Shown here one piece after another: positions 34,580 to 44,106 of a stretch of DNA of 64,000 bases. The number at the start of each line of letters is the position of its first letter. The stretch's first letter is position 1. The DNA is from a virus, in IMG/VR virus record IMGVR_UViG_3300037520_002383, positions 18,925 through 82,924 of that record. One strand, written 5' to 3'. Below the pieces are notes generated by a model, which was not told the DNA's origin, did no database searches, and was given only the letters and a program-made list of their open reading frames with translations. Position numbers and translations under genes: made by a program.

Positions 34580-37126
34580 TCACGCCGACTGTTGAACCTG
34601 TGAGACGACGAAGCTGATGGGAATGAAGTAAATCGCACCCGCCAGCTTGATCTCAAGGCTAACGAGCATCACCGGTCCCGCAATCTGAACGACAGCATTC
34701 TTGTAACCCTTTGGGGCATCGCTGCTGGAGGCAATAAGCTTCAATCGCGAGAAGTCGGCCATGATGCTGTCCAGCGTCGCCTTCGCAATGGCCGCCGAGA
34801 CATCGGCGGTCGATTGACCGAGGAAGGCGATCTCCATGCGCTGAGCCGTCGACAAGGCAATCAGATCCGCGGCATACGTCGCCTGGATGCTGTTGTAGAC
34901 GAAGTTGTTGTCACGGCTGTAGGTTGTCTGATCGCTGACCCAAGCGAATCCACCCGTGGACTTGCGGGCCATCACCAAGAGACCCGAAGTCAACGCCTGC
35001 TCAGTCGCCGTCAGGTCGCGATCGTCGAAGTCGCGCGCCGCCTGCAATACGCCACTGCAGTTGACGCCCTTGTTGACAATCGCGCGATAGAAGCCGGCGG
35101 CCTGCATGCCGGCGGCCAACACCGAGGCCATCCAGGGCTGATACTGGGTGATGACGCCGGCGCCCGAAACCAACTTGACGTCTTGGAAGGCCAATGAGCA
35201 ACGGTAGGCAGCCAGGTTGGCTGCCGACTCACGCGCCGCAGCAAAGGTCGTGCGCTTGCTCAGGAAGCCCTGGCGGTGGCGACGGCGCTTCAGCGTCGAC
35301 ATCTTATTGACATGCGTCTTGACCACGGCATTCAAGCCATCGATGGTGTACGTCGAAGTTGCTTCCGTAAGGCCATCGGTGATGTCGGCGCCGACGGCAT
35401 CGCGGCTGAAGAGGGGGACGATGAAGTTCGTCGACACTTTCTCCAGGGCGTCAATCGCCGACGTCAAGTTGGCCGACGTCGTGCCGCCTTTAGTGCCACC
35501 GGCCAGGAAGCCGGCGGCTTGCGTCGCCGGCAATCCAGCGTTGGCGCGTACCACCGTTCCGCTGGTGTTCTGCAACTGCACCAGAGCCGATTCCTCGCTG
35601 ATCTTTTTGAAGAAATCGTAGGCGTCAACCTTGATGCGGCCGGCGCGCGTGCCATGCGTCGTGCAGATGCCAATCGTCGAAACGCGATCCAGCGCCGTAG
35701 AAGGCAACTGCCCGACAACCGCCGACTCGACGGAAGCAGAGTAGCCGGTTTGCGTATTGATATAAGCCGCCAAGTCTGCAACCGTAGCGAAGTCACTGAG
35801 GTTCAGGGTCAGGTTGGAGCCAGAACCACCAGACACCGTCGCCGTAAATACGCCGGCGCTGGAGATCGTCAGGAGGGCCAAGGTGCCGGTATAACCGACA
35901 TTCAAGACCACGCGGCCGCCAGACACCAAATCCTCGGAGATACCATCGGACTGACGACTAAGCGACAGCTGGGCGATGTACTCGGCAACCGATGTCAATC
36001 GAGCCGAGGCGGTGGACTTGGAAATCCAAGTCACTGGGGTGCTCGTGCCAAGCACATAGGCACAGCGCTCCAGCAAGTCCGTGCCGGTGGTCAACTGAGC
36101 AATCTCGATGACCTTGCCGACGCCGTCGATTGGGTTACCAGCCTCAAGTGTGATGACCGCCGGAGAGTACACAACCAAGTTATTGGCGGGAGTACCGCCG
36201 ACGGCAACCGAAGCGACATCGACGCAGTTGACTGGTCCGCCAACAACAGCGCCGGTCTGACCCGCATCCGAAAGTTTGGTGGCCGAGATGCTGTTCGATG
36301 AGGCGGCGGTGACGACATACGCACCGACGTTGTCGCCCGAAGCACCGCCGGCGCCCGTGAGGACCGAAGATACGCCAATCACCAACGTATCTCCTGCCGT
36401 CGGCACAACAGGAAAAGTCGCGGTCGTAGTGATGGTGATGTTTCTGCTAGTGCCAGAACCGCCAACAACACCCAACGCCAAGTTACCCGTCGTTGGGTGG
36501 GCTACGCGATCGACGCCACCGGTCGCCAAAGGCCCGGCGAGACCGTTGACTGTCGACACAAACGCCGTGGGTGTAGTGTTGGCAGTCAACGCCACCGAGA
36601 TGGCGGCACCGCCATTGACGCGCACTTCAAAGTTCACCGTTCCCACGCCGGGAATATAAGTAAACGAGCCCGTCGTCGGCAGGCTCTCGGCCTGCGAGGC
36701 CAAAAGCTGGCTCTGGATGAGGTTACCCAAGCGGCCATACGACTTATCGGCAATCACGCCGTAGGTCGTAGCGGCAAAGTTCACCAGGTTGCGCGTGGCC
36801 TTCGTCGAGGCGTTGGTCTTGACGAGGATGACGCGCGACGGTCCGCCGCTGATGTTGATGTCGTTGGCCGGCGAGGCGATTGCGCGCATGGCATCGACCA
36901 AGTTGCCGCTGCGGTACTTGGCGACGACTGCCGCCACCTGATCGACACCGAAGGCGTTTGCCTCCAGGTCATCTTCCAATGACCAGTCGGGACCGGCATC
37001 GGCTTCGCCTACCAGCGTCACGACGCCATTGGCCGCCAAGCCGCTTGTCTCTGCCGCCACCTTGACGGTAGAATAGGCGCCGGGGATGATGAGAGTGCCT
37101 TCGGTGGTGGTGTAAGAGAGAGCCAT
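34580..37126 (-). CDS. contractile tail sheath protein
   Basis: IIPGAYS, LVGEADAG, C-terminal VSDQTTY..IYFIPISFVV. Confidence 0.88.
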   Translation of the reverse strand: MALSYTTTEGTLIIPGAYSTVKVAAETSGLAANGVVTLVGEADAGPDWSLEDDLEANAFGVDQVAAVVAKYRSGNLVDAMRAIASPANDINISGGPSRVILVKTNASTKATRNLVNFAATTYGVIADKSYGRLGNLIQSQLLASQAESLPTTGSFTYIPGVGTVNFEVRVNGGAAISVALTANTTPTAFVSTVNGLAGPLATGGVDRVAHPTTGNLALGVVGGSGTSRNITITTTATFPVVPTAGDTLVIGVSSVLTGAGGASGDNVGAYVVTAASSNSISATKLSDAGQTGAVVGGPVNCVDVASVAVGGTPANNLVVYSPAVITLEAGNPIDGVGKVIEIAQLTTGTDLLERCAYVLGTSTPVTWISKSTASARLTSVAEYIAQLSLSRQSDGISEDLVSGGRVVLNVGYTGTLALLTISSAGVFTATVSGGSGSNLTLNLSDFATVADLAAYINTQTGYSASVESAVVGQLPSTALDRVSTIGICTTHGTRAGRIKVDAYDFFKKISEESALVQLQNTSGTVVRANAGLPATQAAGFLAGGTKGGTTSANLTSAIDALEKVSTNFIVPLFSRDAVGADITDGLTEATSTYTIDGLNAVVKTHVNKMSTLKRRRHRQGFLSKRTTFAAARESAANLAAYRCSLAFQDVKLVSGAGVITQYQPWMASVLAAGMQAAGFYRAIVNKGVNCSGVLQAARDFDDRDLTATEQALTSGLLVMARKSTGGFAWVSDQTTYSRDNNFVYNSIQATYAADLIALSTAQRMEIAFLGQSTADVSAAIAKATLDSIMADFSRLKLIASSSDAPKGYKNAVVQIAGPVMLVSLEIKLAGAIYFIPISFVVSQVQQSA

Positions 37127-37161
37127 TGTGTTTTGCCCCTTGCAAAGCCGTTACGGGTCCG

Positions 37162-37167
37162 AAGATT
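37162..37167 (-). promoter_or_regulatory. putative late promoter AATCTT
   Basis: 36 nt upstream of sheath ATG. Confidence 0.6.
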
Positions 37168-37184
37168 CAGTCACTTGTCGAAAG

Positions 37185-38513
37185 CTATTTCTTGTCTGCC
37201 GCACTAATCATTGCCGCCGACGACTTAGGCTTCAGTTCGCCTGCGGCCCCTCCCTGATTCTTCGGTTCTTCCGCCACAGTCGCGGGAGTAAAAGCTGATT
37301 CAGCCGCCAAGGCGCGTGCGGCATCTTCCGGCGAGGTACCCTTCTTGGCTTTTGCTGCCATCGCCATAATCGTCTCCGCGATTCCGGCCTTCATCAACGA
37401 CGGCGGCGAGATACGCTTCGGCGCGGCAGAAGGAAGAGACGCGCTGGGGCGCGACGATGCGGGCGGCGGCGTGGGCGGCTTGGGTTTGGCCGTCGATGGA
37501 GGTGCGGTCGGCTTCTTGCCGCTAGGCGGCTTGGCTTCCGAAACGCCGGCTTTTTGAAGCTCATCCTTGTTGACGGTCGCCCAGGCCCTCGACTCGGCTT
37601 CCTTCGGCGAGACGCCCTTGGACTCGTAGGACTCCTTGATGTGGGCAGCCTGCCGCTTTTCCTTCTCCGTGTGCGAGCCGGGCTTCTGCAGCTTCTCAGC
37701 CTTTTTGGTTTCAGACCAGGCAGCCTTACGGATTTCTTCCAGCTTACGGCTGTTGAGCTGACCGCCGCTGCCCGTCTTCTTGTCCGTCAGGTCTTTTGAC
37801 TTCTTGTCGCTGGGCAACACGGAATCCTTGTCGGCGGCATCAGGCACCGCCTTTTGATCAGGGACGGTCTTGCGGTCCTTCAGAGGCGCCGGATTCATCT
37901 TCGGCTCCTCCTTCTTGACCTCAGACTTGCCGGCGGCCATCTCGCCACACTTCTCAAGCGGCTGATGCATGTCGCCGCATTTCTGGCAGGCCTCGGCCTT
38001 CGCCAGACCCTGGTCACCCTTCATGTGCTGAAGGGCATACTGCGAGTTACGCCACATAATCCAGTCCAGATGCTGATTGAAGGCCTGGTGGGCGGGGCTT
38101 TGGCCCGATGATTCCATTTGTCGGCGCGACAAGGTTTCGATGTCTTTTCCATCGGATCCAATGTGGTGAACATCGATGGTTTTGAACTTGTTGGGCTTCA
38201 TATCGTGATTCACCATCAGCTTCTCACCCGCCTGCCGGGCTTGGGGAGAAAGAAGGTGGCTGTAATCGAATGACTCTTTGCCCTCGGCAGCCGGCATGGG
38301 TTTGCCAGAAATCGGTTCGGGACGCGCCGCTGCTTGTTCGGTATGAGCCATCAGCCGGCGATGCAGATCCGCGTACGGATCGCCTTCGGCCTTGCGAAGT
38401 TCACGCTCACGCAGATCCGCATAGTGCCCTTCCAGATCTTCAATGGTCTTTTTGAGCAGTGGCACGAGCCCCTGGCGAAGCTGAACTACCAAGTCCTGAG
38501 GGTTTTTAGGCAT
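37185..38513 (-). CDS. internal head polyprotein with LxK[AS] linkers and ChaB-like motif
   Basis: LRKAE, LAKAE, LEKCG, LQKAG, LMKAG; KEKRQAAHIKESYESKGVSPKEAESRAWATVNK. Confidence 0.65.
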   Translation of the reverse strand: MPKNPQDLVVQLRQGLVPLLKKTIEDLEGHYADLRERELRKAEGDPYADLHRRLMAHTEQAAARPEPISGKPMPAAEGKESFDYSHLLSPQARQAGEKLMVNHDMKPNKFKTIDVHHIGSDGKDIETLSRRQMESSGQSPAHQAFNQHLDWIMWRNSQYALQHMKGDQGLAKAEACQKCGDMHQPLEKCGEMAAGKSEVKKEEPKMNPAPLKDRKTVPDQKAVPDAADKDSVLPSDKKSKDLTDKKTGSGGQLNSRKLEEIRKAAWSETKKAEKLQKPGSHTEKEKRQAAHIKESYESKGVSPKEAESRAWATVNKDELQKAGVSEAKPPSGKKPTAPPSTAKPKPPTPPPASSRPSASLPSAAPKRISPPSLMKAGIAETIMAMAAKAKKGTSPEDAARALAAESAFTPATVAEEPKNQGGAAGELKPKSSAAMISAADKK

Positions 38514-38544
38514 CGTACTACCTCTCCAAAAGCGATTTAGGGCA

Positions 38545-38550
38545 AAGATT
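38545..38550 (-). promoter_or_regulatory. putative late promoter AATCTT
   Basis: 32 nt upstream of ATG 38513. Confidence 0.6.
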
Positions 38551-38809
38551 CAGCAGCCGTCGTCTGATAGCTCATTGCAGCATGCAGAAACCGGGCTCGT
38601 CGCCCGGCAACTTGATTGCGCCTTATCTGTGGCCGGGCGCCTAGCCCTTCCAGATACCCGTTACCTTGAAATACAAGCGACAGGTCTTCCACGTCCCAGC
38701 GACTTTGAGCCAGACTACACACTGCTTCCACACTCCACCGACACGCAACCAGGTGACGACCGGCGGTGGCGCTGCGCCCTGATTGGATAAGAGAGTTAGA
38801 AGCATGGAG

Positions 38810-38974
38810 TTAGACTAATGTTCGCAGTTGATCGAGAGTCGTTTGAGTCAGGATGATCTGTCCGTCCAGAAACACGATCTGATTCAGATCGCCGATGTTC
38901 GTAGCCGAAGTCCGCGCTACATTTAGCGTCGTCAACTTCCTTTCCATCAAAACAATCAGCTCTTCCACCGTCAT
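38810..38974 (-). CDS. small helical protein of the fibre cassette
   Basis: MTVEELIVLMERKL...TLDQLRTLV. Confidence 0.6.
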   Translation of the reverse strand: MTVEELIVLMERKLTTLNVARTSATNIGDLNQIVFLDGQIILTQTTLDQLRTLV

Positions 38975-39075
38975 ACAGCCACCGCCGTTTCCTAAGCGGC
39001 TCCGACTAGCGAAGCCACAAAAGCTAAAAACCACTTCGACTGAGATGTCATCTCAGTCGAAGTGGCCATCGATTA

Positions 39076-40683
39076 TTATACCAAAGGAATCAGTTCCTGC
39101 GAAATGGTTGACAAGTGCGATTGCAGCAGGACAATGCTATATTTATCGGTGCCGTCGATAGCACAATATGACGCCATTCTCCCCCCCAAAGCCGCAGTAC
39201 CAGCTTGGATGAAATCTGTTGGAGTATACGGCGAGAACACACGATGTTTTGCATCAAAGCGATAGATTTGATTGATTTGAGAAGCAACGTACACATTGAT
39301 ATAAGTATATCGCCCTTCTTCACTAAACGGCGAACAACAGCCCGTTGTTCCAGCACCAAATGAGGTGACGTTACCGTCATATGCCACTGCGCCAGTCCAG
39401 AGCCCCGTGGTTCCGCCCGCGATGTCGAGAACATCCAACGTCACCGCACCGCCGCGGAAAAAGAAGTTGAAGCTGTGACGGGCGTTGCGTGACGGATCGG
39501 GCTGGATGCCAAAAGACGGTGCCCAAAGGCAGCCGGCGGCATTGGCGGCCGGCGCAGTACCAAAAAATGTCGTACTCCAGGCATCGGCGGCAATCGTATT
39601 CGTGCCGTTGTTGATGGAAGCGTCGGTGTAGTTGTAGGTGTAGGTAGTGGTGTTGGCGGTTGTACGCAAGATAATGACATTGGGTTGTTCAATGACATAT
39701 TTTGCGGTCGCCGATGGCTGTGTCGTCCACGCGGTGCCGAGTGTATAGACGGGCGAGGCACCAGCAGTGTGACTGGCGATGATCCTACGTTGTCCAACTG
39801 CCGCCGGAGTGCCGGTGTCTTGTACGATTCTGATCTGAAAGTTGCGGTATTCATTGACGGCAACTACAGCATCGCCCCCCGTCGCCTGACCCGTAAGCGA
39901 GGAAGCGCCAGTTGCCGTAGCCGTCAGGCTGTTGAGGCCCGTATCATAGAGGAATGACCCCTTTACCATACCCTCGCCCGGCGCATGGTTATAGGGCACA
40001 TACAGCTCATCCAACACAAGCATCGCGGAATCGGTGCTCAGCGTCGCCGGCAAGCTGGTAGTGGTACGGTTGGCGAGTGTATTGCTGGCCGGCTCAAAGG
40101 TACGAAAAACGCCGGCGGCCACGGTACCCGAACCCAACATAAACAAGCGTCCGCACAGCAGCTCGTAACGGGCGCCGGTTGCGGGCGTAAATGTAAATGC
40201 AGCATCAACAGTAATAGTAGGCGTGGTGCCGGCAGTATTGCCAACAACCCAACGCTCTTCAACTTTGCCCGCCGTAGTATCGATGATACGGACTCGGAAT
40301 CCAAGCTCTCCGCTGCCGCCGCGATTCGCCAACATATTCACACCGACGGCTGTCGGCAGGGCGGTGCTAAGCGTAAAAGTCGTTGTCGTGGCACCGGCGG
40401 CGATCGTACCCACGGCACCAAAGCTAGGAGCAAAGGCGATAGCGGCGCCGGCGCCGAAAGTGCCGGCCGTCAACGGGTTAGCAACAGCCAACTGCCATGA
40501 CTTAGTAACGATATTGAATCGATTCAAGACCGCGTTGCTCACGAGAGTGTAAACGAAGGGATTCCGCGTCGAATCGTTACGCATATCTGCGCACATCTGC
40601 GTAGCCGCGGCATGGGCGTTGGGGGATGGTGCGATCTGAACCCACATCATCCTATCGATAACTTTTTTGAAGGTATTGGCCAT
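39076..40683 (-). CDS. putative tail/receptor-binding virion protein (propeller plus beta inserts)
   Basis: Thr/Gly-rich; duplicated RIIDTTAG..E.R / RIVQDTG..GQRR modules. Confidence 0.6.
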   Translation of the reverse strand: MANTFKKVIDRMMWVQIAPSPNAHAAATQMCADMRNDSTRNPFVYTLVSNAVLNRFNIVTKSWQLAVANPLTAGTFGAGAAIAFAPSFGAVGTIAAGATTTTFTLSTALPTAVGVNMLANRGGSGELGFRVRIIDTTAGKVEERWVVGNTAGTTPTITVDAAFTFTPATGARYELLCGRLFMLGSGTVAAGVFRTFEPASNTLANRTTTSLPATLSTDSAMLVLDELYVPYNHAPGEGMVKGSFLYDTGLNSLTATATGASSLTGQATGGDAVVAVNEYRNFQIRIVQDTGTPAAVGQRRIIASHTAGASPVYTLGTAWTTQPSATAKYVIEQPNVIILRTTANTTTYTYNYTDASINNGTNTIAADAWSTTFFGTAPAANAAGCLWAPSFGIQPDPSRNARHSFNFFFRGGAVTLDVLDIAGGTTGLWTGAVAYDGNVTSFGAGTTGCCSPFSEEGRYTYINVYVASQINQIYRFDAKHRVFSPYTPTDFIQAGTAALGGRMASYCAIDGTDKYSIVLLQSHLSTISQELIPLV

Positions 40684-40693
40684 CTTAGAATCC

Positions 40694-41110
40694 TCAGGTG
40701 ATTCGAGCGCGATGACAATCTGCCCACGCGCTAATGTTGGTTTGATTTATTAGCATTGCGCCGGGGCGGCTATCGATATTAGTCAATCCCGTGACTGTGG
40801 TGCACGTCGTAACGGTTGTAACAGTCGTAACAGCCGTAACGGTGCCAGATTCAACGATTACCGTACCCCTTTGACGACCAAGAGAACGGTCAAAGCCCAT
40901 GGGCGACATCAAGACCGACAAAATGCGATTGAGCAGCGACATTGCTCCGCTGCTTTCCTGCACCGGCAGTGGGTTCGTGCATGCGACGTCGCCTTCGTTG
41001 ATTCCATCGGCTCCTTGTACCAACTTCACCCTTTGATATAGGACGCCGCCGATGTCATCGGCGGCAACGCTGGCTCCAGAACCAGGAGTGTAGCCTACGT
41101 TATCGGGCAT
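40694..41110 (-). CDS. virion protein
   Basis: GASVAADDIGGVLYQRVKL; TVTTVTT repeats. Confidence 0.6.
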   Translation of the reverse strand: MPDNVGYTPGSGASVAADDIGGVLYQRVKLVQGADGINEGDVACTNPLPVQESSGAMSLLNRILSVLMSPMGFDRSLGRQRGTVIVESGTVTAVTTVTTVTTCTTVTGLTNIDSRPGAMLINQTNISAWADCHRARIT

Positions 41111-41121
41111 ACAACGACCTC

Positions 41122-44106
41122 TTATGTGTATTGCAAGTAAATGTCGCCATCGTTGCCGCCGCTTGGCGCCGCGGTTCCACTCGTCACAAGATTAGACCAA
41201 GTACCGTCGGCGCGCAGGAATGCCGTGGTGCCGCCACCAGAGGCTGGGGCCAAACCCTTCAGGCTGCTGGTGAAGACATCAAGGAGCGCCGTGGCCTGAG
41301 TTCCAGTCAAGTCCTCGGGTGAGCCGCTGCCGGCAGTCGTTCGCCCCTTGATTGTAGCCGTAGAAACATTAGCGAGTTTGGCATTGGTGACGACCGTGTT
41401 GTCGATTGTCCAGACGCTGCCGCTGGAGCTGACTGTGATATCACCCTTGTCGCCATCAGCAACGCTGGCGCTGGGGGCCGCCCAAGTGCCGTCAGCACGC
41501 AGGAAGTTGGCTGTGCCGCCACCAGAGGCTGGGGCCAGCCCCTTCAAGCTGCTACTAAAAACATCCAGAAGTGCCGTGGCTTGAGCACCAGTCAAGTCCT
41601 CAGGTGAGCCGCTGCCGGCAGTCGTTCGCCCCTTGATTGTAGCCGTAGCAACGTCAGCCAACTTGGCGTTGGTGACGACCGTGTTGTCGATTGTCCAGAC
41701 GCTGCCGCTGGAGCTGACTGTGATATCACCCTTGTCGCCATCGGCGATAGTAGCCGTAATCGTTTGCCAAGTTACTGATCCCGAGCCATTGGTTCGCAGA
41801 ACTTGATTGGCTGTGCCATCGGTAAGTGGCAGGGTGAACGCACCAATAGTGAATCCCGTGCTCGTTACCAACAGGCGCTGCGCGCCGGCAGTAGCAATCG
41901 CCAACTGATCTGCGGCGGGTCGATATACACCAGTACCCACGCTATTGATAAAGGCCAGGGATGGATTGGCTGCCGTACCGTCGGCTACCAGCGTCTGACT
42001 CAATCCATTGAGCCTCATGATATCGCCGGTATTATTGGTGACGCGGAAGGCGAATCTATCGGCTGCCGTACTTACGGGCGTTGAGACCAAAACCGACGTG
42101 CGATTGGCTGCCGCCGCCGCCGAACCCGTGATCGTGATGCCGTTGTCGGTTGATGTAGCAGTGGCGCTGGAAATAAAAAAGCCGCGGCTGCCGGCGCCAC
42201 TGGCCGCAGAGATAAACAGGTCGTTTGCCGAGGCAGTAGTCAGGGTCGGCGCAGTAAGCGACGGCGTGGTCTTGTTGATAGTCAGGGTATTGGTCAGCGG
42301 TCCATTGCTTGTGTCGAGCTTGAGATACAGCAGATCGGCGGCGGCTTGCGTGAATGATCCAGGAGGCGCCGCCCAGGTGCCGTCAGCGCGCAGGTAGTTG
42401 GCGGTGCCGCCTCCTGATGAAGGCGCCAGCCCCTTGAGGGTACTGGTGAAGACGTCAAGGAGCGCCGTCGCCTGCGTACCCGTCAAGTCTTCGGGTGAAC
42501 CACTGCCGGCAGTCGTACGACCCTTGAAGGTTGCTGTAGCAACGTTAGCTAACTTGGCGTTGGTGACGACGGTGTTGTCGATTGTCCAGACGCCACCACC
42601 GGAACTGACAGTGATATCACCCTTGTCCCCATCCGTGACGCCGCCGCCACCGGGTGGTACCGCCCAGGTGCCGTCAGCGCGCAGGTAGTTGGTGGTACCG
42701 CCTCCTGATGAAGGCGCTAGGCCCTTGAGTGTCGACGTAAAGACATCCAACAGCGCCGTCGCCTGAGCCGTAGTCAGGTCTTCGGGCGATCCCGTGCCGG
42801 CAGTCGTTCGCCCCTTGATCGTGGCCGTAGCGACGTTAGCCAACTTGGCGTTGGTCACTGCCGCGTTATCGATTGTCCAAGTGGCGCCGCTGGCCGAAAC
42901 CGTAATATCGCCCTTGTCGCCATCCGTAACGGGAATGATGTTGTCTAGGGCGTCCAGGGCAGATTGTACGGTGGTATTGGCCGACGACAGGATGTTATTG
43001 AAGTTAGTCGTAGAAGTATAGATGGCCGAAGCGGGGTGATCTAAGGCATCAAGATCCGAGAGATTGCTGTGGCTAGAAACCGACCCAAGGGGCAGCTCCC
43101 CCAGAGGCCGAAAATCCACATACGGCTGCCCCGTATCGGTGCTGCGAATGCGGGCATTGGGCACGTTGGTGTAGGAATCGGTTTGAAATATGACCGATCC
43201 CAGAGGCACGAACTCGCTAAAAGGCAGCCCCGTAACTGAAGAAATCTCGGAAGACGCACCGGTTCTGGCGTCGCTAATGCTGTTATATGAAGTAATGCCG
43301 TGGATGCCAACGATTGGCTCATTGATGTTGTTGGTGGCAAAGTAGTGCACCAAAACGTAGTTGAAGTTAGGCAACTCAGCAAGCGACCAAACGCCGCCGC
43401 TATTTTGATTGAATGGAAGTCGCCCATTGGGGCCCGTGTAACCGGCCGTGCCGCTATAGATCACGGGATAGGTATCAGCTGCTTTACGACGCCAAACGCC
43501 GGCTCCGCTGCCTGTTCGGTAGTAGATCGGAATCTGAGCTATCGGCGACAGGGTCTGCGGGGAGCCATTGACGGTGGTGTGCTGAAGATCTTCATCGTAA
43601 AACGTACCATTGGCGCATGACAACTGCGCATGCGACGCCAGACTCCCATTGTCGTCCACAGTAAAGTCGCCGAGCGCGTATCCCGAAAGATAAACGGCAC
43701 CAATGCTGTTATGAAGATATGAATGCGTAGCGCCATCCATCGTCAGGCCATGGCGCTCTTCTGCAAAGTAGATGGCGGCGGCGTTAGTCGCATCCCAATA
43801 GAGTGCAGCCACAAACGCATATTCTCTGATGATTGCTGAGGTAAAAACATTTGTGGCCTGAAGCGTGCCCGTGTTGTCAAAATAAAAATACCACAACCCT
43901 TCGGTGTTGGTGATTACGACGCTTTGTGTGGTTGATTTGATGTATTTTACGCCTACGACAAAAAACTCAAAAAATGATCCAGTCGGGGCGATGGAGAAAG
44001 TGCGCGAGCCGTTATTGAATGAAATGGTCGAATCAGTCCTATTGGGAAAGCCCGTGGGCTCCTTGGACATTCGACGTTCTTCGCGTAGAGTAGGATCGTA
44101 TGTCAT
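41122..44106 (-). CDS. long tail fibre protein with four ~90-aa repeats
   Basis: DGDKGDITVS...YLRADGTW repeats; C-terminal APSGGNDGDIYLQY. Confidence 0.8.
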   Translation of the reverse strand: MTYDPTLREERRMSKEPTGFPNRTDSTISFNNGSRTFSIAPTGSFFEFFVVGVKYIKSTTQSVVITNTEGLWYFYFDNTGTLQATNVFTSAIIREYAFVAALYWDATNAAAIYFAEERHGLTMDGATHSYLHNSIGAVYLSGYALGDFTVDDNGSLASHAQLSCANGTFYDEDLQHTTVNGSPQTLSPIAQIPIYYRTGSGAGVWRRKAADTYPVIYSGTAGYTGPNGRLPFNQNSGGVWSLAELPNFNYVLVHYFATNNINEPIVGIHGITSYNSISDARTGASSEISSVTGLPFSEFVPLGSVIFQTDSYTNVPNARIRSTDTGQPYVDFRPLGELPLGSVSSHSNLSDLDALDHPASAIYTSTTNFNNILSSANTTVQSALDALDNIIPVTDGDKGDITVSASGATWTIDNAAVTNAKLANVATATIKGRTTAGTGSPEDLTTAQATALLDVFTSTLKGLAPSSGGGTTNYLRADGTWAVPPGGGGVTDGDKGDITVSSGGGVWTIDNTVVTNAKLANVATATFKGRTTAGSGSPEDLTGTQATALLDVFTSTLKGLAPSSGGGTANYLRADGTWAAPPGSFTQAAADLLYLKLDTSNGPLTNTLTINKTTPSLTAPTLTTASANDLFISAASGAGSRGFFISSATATSTDNGITITGSAAAAANRTSVLVSTPVSTAADRFAFRVTNNTGDIMRLNGLSQTLVADGTAANPSLAFINSVGTGVYRPAADQLAIATAGAQRLLVTSTGFTIGAFTLPLTDGTANQVLRTNGSGSVTWQTITATIADGDKGDITVSSSGSVWTIDNTVVTNAKLADVATATIKGRTTAGSGSPEDLTGAQATALLDVFSSSLKGLAPASGGGTANFLRADGTWAAPSASVADGDKGDITVSSSGSVWTIDNTVVTNAKLANVSTATIKGRTTAGSGSPEDLTGTQATALLDVFTSSLKGLAPASGGGTTAFLRADGTWSNLVTSGTAAPSGGNDGDIYLQYT

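Noticed and set aside
38575-38790. + strand 71-aa ORF inside the late region
   Set aside because: TTG start, no SD or promoter, no recognisable motif
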